From a bacterium (lineage in GTDB: Bacteria; UBA10199; 2-02-FULL-44-16; DYJF01), in the NCBI GenBank assembly GCA_041739675.1, contig JBGSNL010000043.1, forward strand, positions 1-19,667: a DNA stretch of 19,667 nt, given 5' to 3'. A program made the position numbers and the translations under genes. Shown here piece by piece: positions 1 through 7,619 of this stretch (position 1 is its first letter; the number at the start of each line of letters is the position of its first letter). The notes beneath the pieces were generated by a model, which saw nothing but the letters and a program-made list of their open reading frames with translations, had not been told where the DNA came from and made no database searches.

Positions 1-1
1 G

Positions 2-355
2 GCTCCGGCGGCAGCTTCTTCAGGGCAGGCGTCGGGCGGGATATCCTGGGGTCTGCCGGCGCTGGGTGGGGCAATTGCCTCCGGCATAACGTATTATGCT
101 GAAACCGCATCGGAATGGTTGTCCGGTTTCGAGTGGCACACGTCGACCGTGACGGGACTTCTCGAGACAGACGAAACCAGCGGCACCTATCGGGGCGACT
201 ACGCCTATGATCATGCATCTGTTCATGCCTCACAGAGGAACGCATTTCACGTCCGGGCGTCGGCAAACTTCATAAATCGTCCGGGAGCTCGATTTATGGG
301 CCGTGGAAGCACCGTTTTTGCCCCAGCCGCGCGACCTTTTGTCCCCGCACACTAA
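2..355 (+). CDS. 3' end of hypothetical protein (5'-truncated by window edge); array member 1 with C-terminal STVTGLLETDETSG motif and Arg-rich tail
   Basis: Frame 2 is open from base 2 to TAA at 353-355 (APAAASSGQASGGISWGLPALGGAIASGITYYAETASEWLSGFEWHTSTVTGLLETDETSG...). The 119..355 ORF call is only its distal part. Motif at 143-184 matches the three downstream genes. Confidence 0.8.
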   Translation, partial: APAAASSGQASGGISWGLPALGGAIASGITYYAETASEWLSGFEWHTSTVTGLLETDETSGTYRGDYAYDHASVHASQRNAFHVRASANFINRPGARFMGRGSTVFAPAARPFVPAH

Positions 356-367
356 CAAAAAAATGTG

Positions 368-395
368 AGCAACTTTTCCGGGCCACAGCCGATTA
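368..395 (+). promoter_or_regulatory. Putative alternative-sigma promoter (GCAACTTT-N11-GCCGATTA) upstream of array member 2
   Basis: AGCAACTTTTCCGGGCCACAGCCGATTA. The -10-like box is 7/8 identical to the sigma-28 consensus GCCGATAA. The same motif and spacing recur at 1806-1833. It ends 29 nt before the ATG. Confidence 0.55.
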
Positions 396-424
396 GAGGG
401 CGAAGTGTACCCTTTTGAGGTTTT

Positions 425-1798
425 ATGGTGGTTGGAGGTCCTCATTTCAGAATTTCCGAGGCACCTATCGCCGTGGACTGGCAGTTACCGGTCCGCGACC
501 ATTTGCCGCGTGAAATGCATATATACGACATCGACGCCTATTTTGCGGGCCTCGCGATGCAGTATGAGGACGTGTGCGGCGAATCCATGGGGCTCTTCAC
601 GGACATGGAACGGGAACTCAGAATCATGAGACCCGATGTCGGGAGGCGCTTTGCCGTCAGCGCCGGAGAGTATTTGAAAAACCACCCTATGCGTCCGGGA
701 GCCACGATGGCTGAAGTGGCAGGGGGTTATCGAAATCATCTTGGTGACGGCAGGATTTGTCCCATTGAGTCGCCCACGGCCATAAGGCACGTACTGGCCG
801 ACCAGATATGGAACGCGGGCGCGAACATGACGCTCAAGAAACAGAATGTGGATACGCTTCTTTCCGGGCGGGCGGCTCATCTCACTCCTTTCATAGCAGC
901 CGGCGTCAGATCGGGAAGGCTCAGTGAAGATGAAGGTGCGTACACGATTATCCTGAAGTTTCTCGCCCATACCAATCCGATCTATCGCAGTTTTGCTCTC
1001 AGATTGATAACTGAGGTCGACAAGGACACCCTGTCCGAAACCTATTTGAGTCTCTCCACACGGCTCAAGTTGTTTCTCTTTCTGTTCGAGCAAATGAGAT
1101 CGACAAAAGTTCCCCCGGAAATCAAAGGTGTCTGGTGGAACGCTGTGAGCCGCGTCATCGCGGTGGCCAACACGCGCAGTCTCAACGGTGTCCGCCTGTA
1201 CTATCTTGAAAAAGTGTTCGGCGAGATGCTCATCTTTCTCGATGCGGTGGAAGTGGGTAAAAAAGAGTTCAAAAAAAGTGCGCTGGGCGGACGCAGGAGG
1301 GGACCAAAAATTCTGCCGATCGAATTGCGCATGAAAGAGGTGCTGGAGAGGGATCTCGCGATAATTGAAAATCCTCATTATGCCGAGTTCATGGATTTTG
1401 CGGCCGAGTTCTTCCGCAGTGATATCGAGTCGGCGATCGAGTTATGCAATTCGCTGATCTCCAAAGAGGAGCAGAAAAAAAGAAGCACTCCGCCGAAAGG
1501 GTCTGGCGCCCCGCCCGCGCCTGTGACCCCTGAAACATTGACCGGCGGGACATCAGGCGGAGTTCCTCCGCCTGCGCAAAACACTTCAACGGTTACGGGG
1601 TTGATTGAAACCGGCGAAACGAGCGGCGGTCACGGTTATGTCGCAGACGAGAGCCTTGTTGAGACACGGAACGCGCAAAGGGCCGGCGTGCACCTTTTCA
1701 GACCGCAAATAAGATCAAGAATACCGGTCCAAAACCTGGGTGCGAGAGTATTTGTCGGGGCGCCTGCGGCCCGAATTCTCACGCCGGCAATGCCTTGA
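425..1798 (+). CDS. Hypothetical protein (457 aa), array member 2 with C-terminal STVTGLIETGETSG motif
   Basis: Long ORF with GAGG at 417-420 before ATG 425. No recognisable family or signal peptide. Pro-rich linker, motif at 1586-1627, 56-aa tail. Confidence 0.85.
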   Translation: MVVGGPHFRISEAPIAVDWQLPVRDHLPREMHIYDIDAYFAGLAMQYEDVCGESMGLFTDMERELRIMRPDVGRRFAVSAGEYLKNHPMRPGATMAEVAGGYRNHLGDGRICPIESPTAIRHVLADQIWNAGANMTLKKQNVDTLLSGRAAHLTPFIAAGVRSGRLSEDEGAYTIILKFLAHTNPIYRSFALRLITEVDKDTLSETYLSLSTRLKLFLFLFEQMRSTKVPPEIKGVWWNAVSRVIAVANTRSLNGVRLYYLEKVFGEMLIFLDAVEVGKKEFKKSALGGRRRGPKILPIELRMKEVLERDLAIIENPHYAEFMDFAAEFFRSDIESAIELCNSLISKEEQKKRSTPPKGSGAPPAPVTPETLTGGTSGGVPPPAQNTSTVTGLIETGETSGGHGYVADESLVETRNAQRAGVHLFRPQIRSRIPVQNLGARVFVGAPAARILTPAMP

Positions 1799-1805
1799 TT
1801 TTCTT

Positions 1806-1833
1806 AGCAACCTTTTTTGAAGGGCGGCGATAA
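1806..1833 (+). promoter_or_regulatory. Putative alternative-sigma promoter (GCAACCTT-N11-GGCGATAA) upstream of array member 3
   Basis: AGCAACCTTTTTTGAAGGGCGGCGATAA. Same boxes and spacing as 368-395. It ends 25 nt before ATG 1859. Confidence 0.55.
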
Positions 1834-1858
1834 GGGAACACATTCGTGGGAGGTTGGT

Positions 1859-3718
1859 ATGCCGGGAACAAATGGAAACCGTCCTATAGGCGCCTACTCG
1901 GGCGAGGACCCTCTTGTTACGATGATAGATGCGGTCAGACTCTTAGAAACGAAGAGGAACGCACCCGTCAAAGCGGAGGAGCTTCAAAGATGGAACGAGA
2001 TCTACATACGCGTTGAAAAGGAAAGACAGAGGTTTTTTGTCTTCAGATTCGCCTCAGTGCTTCATGACTGGGCGGAACAGATGAACGGATGCGATGCGGA
2101 TCCCGAAGCCTCGTTCGAAGAGTACGTCTCGAAACTTGAGAGTCGCGAGGATCTGCAAGGTGTTTACACGGCCATTGCCGGAGGTCTTGAAAAGGCAGCA
2201 GAGGGGAGGTCTCCTCACGAGGCCAGCGCGTCTCAATATCTGGCCCTTCAGGCGCGGAGGGTGGTGGCTACAGTCACCCTGAGCAACTACTTGACCGAGG
2301 ACAACGTCGCTGCGCTCTCCGCCATCGCGGAGATGTTGGGTTCGTCGTTTGCCCCCGTGCGCGAGACAGGCAGAAGACTTCTGGCCGTAATCCCCCGCAA
2401 CGAACAGGGTCTTCTTGAGATGCCTCTTTTCATGAGGTCTCTTGTCAAGGCGTTTCTCTTCAGTGGGCAGCTTTCTGCGGAACTCACGCTTCGCGATAGT
2501 TTTCAGGAGTGGAGAGAATATCTTCAATCGAAAACCAGCGAGACGATAAAACCGCCAGCGTTTGGTTCGGATGTTACGGAAGATTATACCGTTCAGATGC
2601 AGAGACAAATCGGCGAGTTCGCCGACAAAATAATCGCCGAGCTTGGTGGGCAGGCGGAGACTTCGATTGTGCAGTCGCTGGCAGTTCTTCTTGACAGGGG
2701 AGACGTGGTGCTTGCGAGCGATTTTATCAGGGTGTTCCACGACTTCACAGGGCGTGTCTTTCCGAAGAACGTCTTTGCGCTTCTTTTGATCTCCGCTGCT
2801 CGCGAGAACGTGAGCTTCGAGCGTGCGATGCTCACTGAAGACGCCGTGCGATTGGCGGTAAAGGCCTCCGCGATTTCAAACGGGCAGCTGAGAAACGGCA
2901 TCCTTCCTTTGCTCGTCGCATATATAAGTGGTTCCGACACCCACAAAGAAGTTGACGGGTGGCTTAGCCGCCTCATCGAACGCTTATCCGCACCGGCGCT
3001 TTTTCCCTCCGAGTATGAAGGGGCGCGAGAAGCGGGGAGGCCGTTCGACATCGGTGACGCCGATGCATCGGAATTCATGGATGCGTCCGACCTTGAACTT
3101 CTCGTTTACCATTTTCTCAACAACCTCGTGCATCATTGGAACGTCACAAACTCGTTGGCCGCCCGGCTGCTGAACGCCGCCGGAAGGGATATTCTCAACG
3201 GTGCACGAATCTGGTTGATCAGCAAAGCGCTGTATCAGGACATGCTGCAGGGTACGCGGCATTTCGATCAGGCGAAGTTGAACAGATATTTGGCCCCGCT
3301 TCTCGACGAGGATCCTCGGGTGCAGAATCTTATCGAATCCTCAAGGTTTAGGCGAAGCGGCCCCAACAACGAATTTTTTGAGTCGTATGACGCGGTAGTG
3401 CGCGCCCGCCAAAGTGGAGCCGTTGCGCCGGGCGGCGCCTCCGTTCAGGCTGCCGAAGAACCGGAAGAGCTGGCAGAGCTTCCCGTGCTGACCATGGAAG
3501 ACGATCCAAGCACGGTGAGGGGCCTTGCCGAGACCGGCGAATCAAGCGGAGCGGCTTCAAATAGTGCACCGGCTCGTGCCACGCGTCGGGCGAGGCGCAG
3601 CAACGTGCAACATCGCCAGACGACTCTGTTCGGGGCGGGCGCGGCAGTGCAAAGAGGCGCGCTGAGAACGTTCGGTGTTCCATTCGCACGTACGCCGGTC
3701 CGAACGCCGGGCCGTTAA
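1859..3718 (+). CDS. Hypothetical protein (619 aa), array member 3 with C-terminal STVRGLAETGESSG motif
   Basis: Start moved to ATG 1859 (MPGTNG...), which follows GGGAGG at 1848-1853. Motif at 3509-3550, 55-aa tail. Aligns by eye with member 4. Confidence 0.85.
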   Translation: MPGTNGNRPIGAYSGEDPLVTMIDAVRLLETKRNAPVKAEELQRWNEIYIRVEKERQRFFVFRFASVLHDWAEQMNGCDADPEASFEEYVSKLESREDLQGVYTAIAGGLEKAAEGRSPHEASASQYLALQARRVVATVTLSNYLTEDNVAALSAIAEMLGSSFAPVRETGRRLLAVIPRNEQGLLEMPLFMRSLVKAFLFSGQLSAELTLRDSFQEWREYLQSKTSETIKPPAFGSDVTEDYTVQMQRQIGEFADKIIAELGGQAETSIVQSLAVLLDRGDVVLASDFIRVFHDFTGRVFPKNVFALLLISAARENVSFERAMLTEDAVRLAVKASAISNGQLRNGILPLLVAYISGSDTHKEVDGWLSRLIERLSAPALFPSEYEGAREAGRPFDIGDADASEFMDASDLELLVYHFLNNLVHHWNVTNSLAARLLNAAGRDILNGARIWLISKALYQDMLQGTRHFDQAKLNRYLAPLLDEDPRVQNLIESSRFRRSGPNNEFFESYDAVVRARQSGAVAPGGASVQAAEEPEELAELPVLTMEDDPSTVRGLAETGESSGAASNSAPARATRRARRSNVQHRQTTLFGAGAAVQRGALRTFGVPFARTPVRTPGR

Positions 3719-3743
3719 TTTTATACTATCTAAGGAGGATAAT

Positions 3744-5780
3744 ATGTCGGGAGGAGAGAGTACGGTTCGGAGCGGCAGCAGAGAGGATATTCCACTTTAC
3801 GGACGTCGACAGAGATTCAGCCAGACGAGGGAGTTCAGAAAAATAGGAGGGGCGATGAGGGCCGCAGAGGAAGCGCTGAGGCCCACTATGCCGGCAGATG
3901 CATTTGTCCGTTTCGACGTGAATGATTATGCAAATCGTTTTCGTGATGTCACGGGTTTCACTCCGTTGGCTCGCCATCCGTCGGCTAACGCATTCGCCGA
4001 TTCCCTCTTCGGGTGGGCGAGTAATCGCCCCGGGGTAAGGGGAGCGACCTCGGCGGAGAGGAGCCGGAATGCGCTCGACGTTTACGAAACATACCTTCGT
4101 GTGCATGTTCCGCCGCGCCTTGTGGTAATTTTAAGAGAGAGACTCGCAGAGAGGTTCAACCGTTTTGCGGACAGTTTTCATCGCACGGCCACGGCGCTCA
4201 AGGATTCGGAAGATCCTGCCGATCAAAGAGAGGAGATACGTCTACTGACTCTCTCCGCTCAGAGCCGTGCCATAGTGCACGCCCTTTACAACAATGGAGT
4301 GGATTTCAGGAATCTTCAGTTGCTGGATCAAGTCATGAAGATGATGTTCGACGCGCGAACCGCCGACATCGGTGACGGTCTCATTTTGCTCGTCTCGAAA
4401 GACAATGAAGGCCGTCTTCGTTTTCCGGACCGCTTCGGTTCGCTCGTTAGTCTGGCCTTATCTCAGGGTGAGGCGATCACGGAGTGGAGATCCGAATTGG
4501 TGAACCACTTCGGTGACAATAGAGTTCAAAAATACATGTCGAGGTGGGGTGGGGAGAACGGTATTGCCGCCGGAGTCACTAACTGGTTTCTTATTCAGGG
4601 TGGAGATGTGATAAACATTTTTTCCCGGCTTATGCGTCAGGCACCTCGAGCGGTGAGAAGGTCGGCGGCGGTTCAGGCCGATATTTCGATCCTTGCTCTT
4701 CTCGAGATGGGCGAAGCGGGTCTTGCCCAAAAATTTCTTGCTACAATTGATACATATAACGAGATTTTGCAGACTGCAGGATACACGTCGGCCAAGTTGA
4801 GCCGTGCTCTTCATCTGCGCGATGTCGTCTACGGCCTGATGAATACGGCCGTCTCTCAGAGAGAGATGACCTATGAACGCCGGAACCTTCTTGAAAGATC
4901 TCTTGAATTGATGAAAAACGGCGGGACCCTTGTTTCCGGCTTTCGAGGCGAGGTGATCCCGCAAATGGTGATCGCGCTTTTGGGATACCGGCAGCTGGAT
5001 CCGGCCGTCGAGCGGCAGCTTGTGGGATTATTCGACGAGCTTTTGAACCCGTTTTCAGGTGTTATTCTGGAAATGTGGCAGACGGAAATAGAGACCGGAA
5101 CGTCCACAATGCGCACTCTTGTCGTAGGCGTTCTGAAAGATCTTCTGTATATGCAGCGTGAAATAGGCAAGGCCGCTCTGCCCGAAGATCAGCAACAATA
5201 CCTTTTCTCAAATTCGGTTGCAGCAAAAGTATTGAGCATAGCTCAGACGCATAAGCTGAATGCCGCCCGTATCATCATGATGATCAATGCGCTGGATGCG
5301 CACGAGCGGGGAAATCAAACGGAGGCCGAATACTACATGAAGCCGCTCCAGGATTCTTCGGCCGATATTCAGACGTGGATCGATAATTTATCAGGAGTGA
5401 CATTCGAGACGATCGATGTTGCTCTTGAGGAGAGATACTACAGCCTCACGGAAACGACGTTCGGCGGGACGACACCTGCAGCGTCAGGTTCATCGGCACC
5501 GCCGGCACCTGAGGCGCCGCCCGCTCCGGCTGCGCCGGCCGAGGGCGCAGAAAACGGTGCTTCATCCGTCACCGGATTGGCTGAGACAGGCGAGACAAGC
5601 GGCTCTTCAGTTGCAAGTGGGGCAAATCCTGCAGGACATGTGGCGCGGGCAGGCAGGTCCGGAAGTAGGCGCAGCGTTCATGCCGACGTGAATCGCCAGA
5701 TCATCCGGCCGCGGCGCGAATTGCAAACCTTCAGGCCGGTGGCTGTTGCGCGGCCGGTTGTGCCGACGAGGGTGCGCTAG
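3744..5780 (+). CDS. Hypothetical protein (678 aa), array member 4 with C-terminal SSVTGLAETGETSG motif
   Basis: Start moved to ATG 3744 (MSGGES...) behind a strong TAAGGAGG RBS at 3731-3738. Pro/Ala linker, motif at 5562-5603, 58-aa tail. Confidence 0.85.
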   Translation: MSGGESTVRSGSREDIPLYGRRQRFSQTREFRKIGGAMRAAEEALRPTMPADAFVRFDVNDYANRFRDVTGFTPLARHPSANAFADSLFGWASNRPGVRGATSAERSRNALDVYETYLRVHVPPRLVVILRERLAERFNRFADSFHRTATALKDSEDPADQREEIRLLTLSAQSRAIVHALYNNGVDFRNLQLLDQVMKMMFDARTADIGDGLILLVSKDNEGRLRFPDRFGSLVSLALSQGEAITEWRSELVNHFGDNRVQKYMSRWGGENGIAAGVTNWFLIQGGDVINIFSRLMRQAPRAVRRSAAVQADISILALLEMGEAGLAQKFLATIDTYNEILQTAGYTSAKLSRALHLRDVVYGLMNTAVSQREMTYERRNLLERSLELMKNGGTLVSGFRGEVIPQMVIALLGYRQLDPAVERQLVGLFDELLNPFSGVILEMWQTEIETGTSTMRTLVVGVLKDLLYMQREIGKAALPEDQQQYLFSNSVAAKVLSIAQTHKLNAARIIMMINALDAHERGNQTEAEYYMKPLQDSSADIQTWIDNLSGVTFETIDVALEERYYSLTETTFGGTTPAASGSSAPPAPEAPPAPAAPAEGAENGASSVTGLAETGETSGSSVASGANPAGHVARAGRSGSRRSVHADVNRQIIRPRRELQTFRPVAVARPVVPTRVR

Positions 5781-7204
5781 GAGAGAGCTTTCCGCAATCC
5801 GGATTGGTGGCTTTCTTCAAGAAATGTGATGAGTTCTTCGCCGCCCTTTGAAAGAAGGGCGTCGCATACGGAGAAGATGACGGGATCGGAGTGAACTCCG
5901 ATCCCTTTTGTTTTGCCCAGAATTTTCTTTAGCGTGCCCACCGCGTTCTTCAGATATTTCTCCCCGGCAAACGGTTCGTTTTCGAAAGGCGTCATAGGCT
6001 TTGGCACAAAAGGTGTTATCGTCAAAGTCACATTTGTTGCGCGAGAGCTTTTCGGCGCGCTCTTGTGAATTGCCGCCTGGACGCGTTTTGAAAGATCGGC
6101 GATCGCCATGATGTCTTCTTGAGTCTCTCCCGGCAGCCCGATCATAAAATAGAGGCGGAGTGACGTGATCCCATGTCTTGCCAGAGACTCTGCGGCGCAA
6201 AGGATGCGTTCGCCGGGAAATTTTTTTCCAATCGAGCTCCGCAAAACGTCGGTCGCCGCCTCCACGCCCAGACTTATCGATTTATGTCCGCTCCGTGCCA
6301 GAAGTGCCGCCACGTTGTCGTCGATCTCGTCCACGCAAAGAGATGACGGCGAAAACGTGGCCCCGCATTCGTGTATGGCGTTCGCGACATCGACAAAGGC
6401 CTTGTGGCTCAAAAGATCCGAACCGATGAGGCCGAAGCGGTTCCGATAAGGAAGACCGCATCTAACCATTTCAATCAGCGCATCGAAACTTCTCATCCGC
6501 AAGGGCTCGTAGAGGCGCGGCGTCACGCAGAATTTGCATTTCCTTGGGCAGCCGCGCCCGGTCTCTATGAGATGCATGTCGGAAAATTCGCTCTGCTTCG
6601 TATAAATAACGGTCTGGGTCTGCCACCTGTTGAGATCACGGACCACACGCCTCGTGCCAAGCACTCCTTCAAGTCTTTCACCTTTGGTTAAAAGCTGCGC
6701 GATTTCTCCTACCGCCTCCTCTCCCTCACCTATCACGAATGCGTCAAAGATCTTCGCGAGTGGGCGGTGGTTTATCGTCACGGCTGCGCCGCCCGCAATG
6801 AGAAGTGGGTGGTCTTTTTTTCGTTCACTTTTGAGATGGGGGATGGAGCATAGTTCGAGTATCGGCAAAATGTTTAGAAAATCGTTTTGAAACGAGATCG
6901 AGAACGCGATCGCGTCAAATTCGGAAAGAGGGCGCTGTGTTTCGAGGGAGAGTATGGGTGTTTTGGTGCGCTTGTGTTCCTCGAGAGTTTTAGGATCGGG
7001 AAGGAACGCGCGTTCGCAGACGATTTGCGGGTTGTCGTTGAAAAGTTTGTAGATCGTGTGGACCGCAAGATTGCTCATCCCCACATAATATGTGTTTGGA
7101 TAAACCAGCGCGACGGAGGTCTTGCCGCCCCAATTTTTGATGATAGGTCCGGTTTCTTCCGAGAGGACGTGCCGCTGGTTCTTGGCTGCCTGCCACATGC
7201 CCAT
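5777..7204 (-). CDS. Radical SAM protein with B12-binding-like N-terminal domain (uncharacterised COG1032/TIGR03960-like family)
   Basis: CxxxCxxC motif in ETGRGCPRKCKFC, N-terminal YPNTYYVGMSNL, plus IGEGEE, YFMIGLPGET and PFVPKPMTPF motifs typical of this family. Confidence 0.85.
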   Translation of the reverse strand: MGMWQAAKNQRHVLSEETGPIIKNWGGKTSVALVYPNTYYVGMSNLAVHTIYKLFNDNPQIVCERAFLPDPKTLEEHKRTKTPILSLETQRPLSEFDAIAFSISFQNDFLNILPILELCSIPHLKSERKKDHPLLIAGGAAVTINHRPLAKIFDAFVIGEGEEAVGEIAQLLTKGERLEGVLGTRRVVRDLNRWQTQTVIYTKQSEFSDMHLIETGRGCPRKCKFCVTPRLYEPLRMRSFDALIEMVRCGLPYRNRFGLIGSDLLSHKAFVDVANAIHECGATFSPSSLCVDEIDDNVAALLARSGHKSISLGVEAATDVLRSSIGKKFPGERILCAAESLARHGITSLRLYFMIGLPGETQEDIMAIADLSKRVQAAIHKSAPKSSRATNVTLTITPFVPKPMTPFENEPFAGEKYLKNAVGTLKKILGKTKGIGVHSDPVIFSVCDALLSKGGEELITFLEESHQSGLRKALS

Positions 7205-7274
7205 TGATACTAAACGTTTCTTGCATTAAAGGCCAATTTTATATTAGTGGCACCGAGGGGTACGGAGGGTTTCG

Positions 7275-7610
7275 ATGGATTTTCTTCCGGCGGTGCGGAA
7301 AAAATTGATGCGGAAAAGGACTCAGAAATTCCTGGAGGGTGGGACGAATTCGTCCGCTTTGGCCGTGCAATGTCTTGAGCTTTCAATCGAGAGTTTCATC
7401 GGCAAAAAACTGGAGCATTTCTTCGAGCGGCTGGGTTCGCATGACGCGCAAGGGCTCCACGAAACGGTGATGGCACAGGTGGAAAAGCCAATGATAGAAA
7501 AGGCGCTCGCATGGGCCAAGGGAAACCAGCTCAAGGCCGCGCGCGTTTTGGGGATGAGCCGGAACACTTTGCGCGCAAAGATGCGCGCCTTGAAAATTCA
7601 GACGAAGTGA
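7275..7610 (+). CDS. Stand-alone Fis-family helix-turn-helix protein
   Basis: VEKPMIEKALAWAKGNQLKAARVLGMSRNTLRAKM matches the Fis/NtrC-type HTH. GGAGG RBS upstream. No AAA+ or receiver domain. Confidence 0.85.
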   Translation: MDFLPAVRKKLMRKRTQKFLEGGTNSSALAVQCLELSIESFIGKKLEHFFERLGSHDAQGLHETVMAQVEKPMIEKALAWAKGNQLKAARVLGMSRNTLRAKMRALKIQTK

Positions 7611-7619
7611 GGAGGCGAT

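Noticed and set aside
485..1378. Long antisense or alternate-frame ORFs (e.g. 485..1378-, 2054..2740-, 9319..10242+, 9584..10435-, 11382..12239-)
   Set aside because: They lie within or largely overlap better-supported genes and have no recognisable motifs. Such shadow ORFs are expected in GC-rich DNA.
3692..3718. GCCGTTAA (3711-3718) as a third copy of the promoter motif before member 4
   Set aside because: No GCAAC box at the required spacing, and the sequence is simply the last codons and stop of member 3.
143..5603. The four motif copies as a CRISPR array, DNA repeat or recombination site
   Set aside because: Copies are 1.4-2.1 kb apart, always in frame within coding sequence, and differ largely at synonymous positions. 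Conservation is at the protein level.
143..5603. STVTGL as an encapsulin cargo-loading peptide (LTVGSL-like) or a sortase/PEP-CTERM-type signal
   Set aside because: The resemblance is superficial. The motif lies about 56 aa from the end, no transmembrane helix follows it, and no encapsulin or sortase gene is in the window.
5777..7204. Radical SAM enzyme as a RiPP-like maturase acting on the conserved motif
   Set aside because: It is convergently transcribed, belongs to a widespread family, and shows no SPASM/RRE features. Adjacency alone is not evidence.
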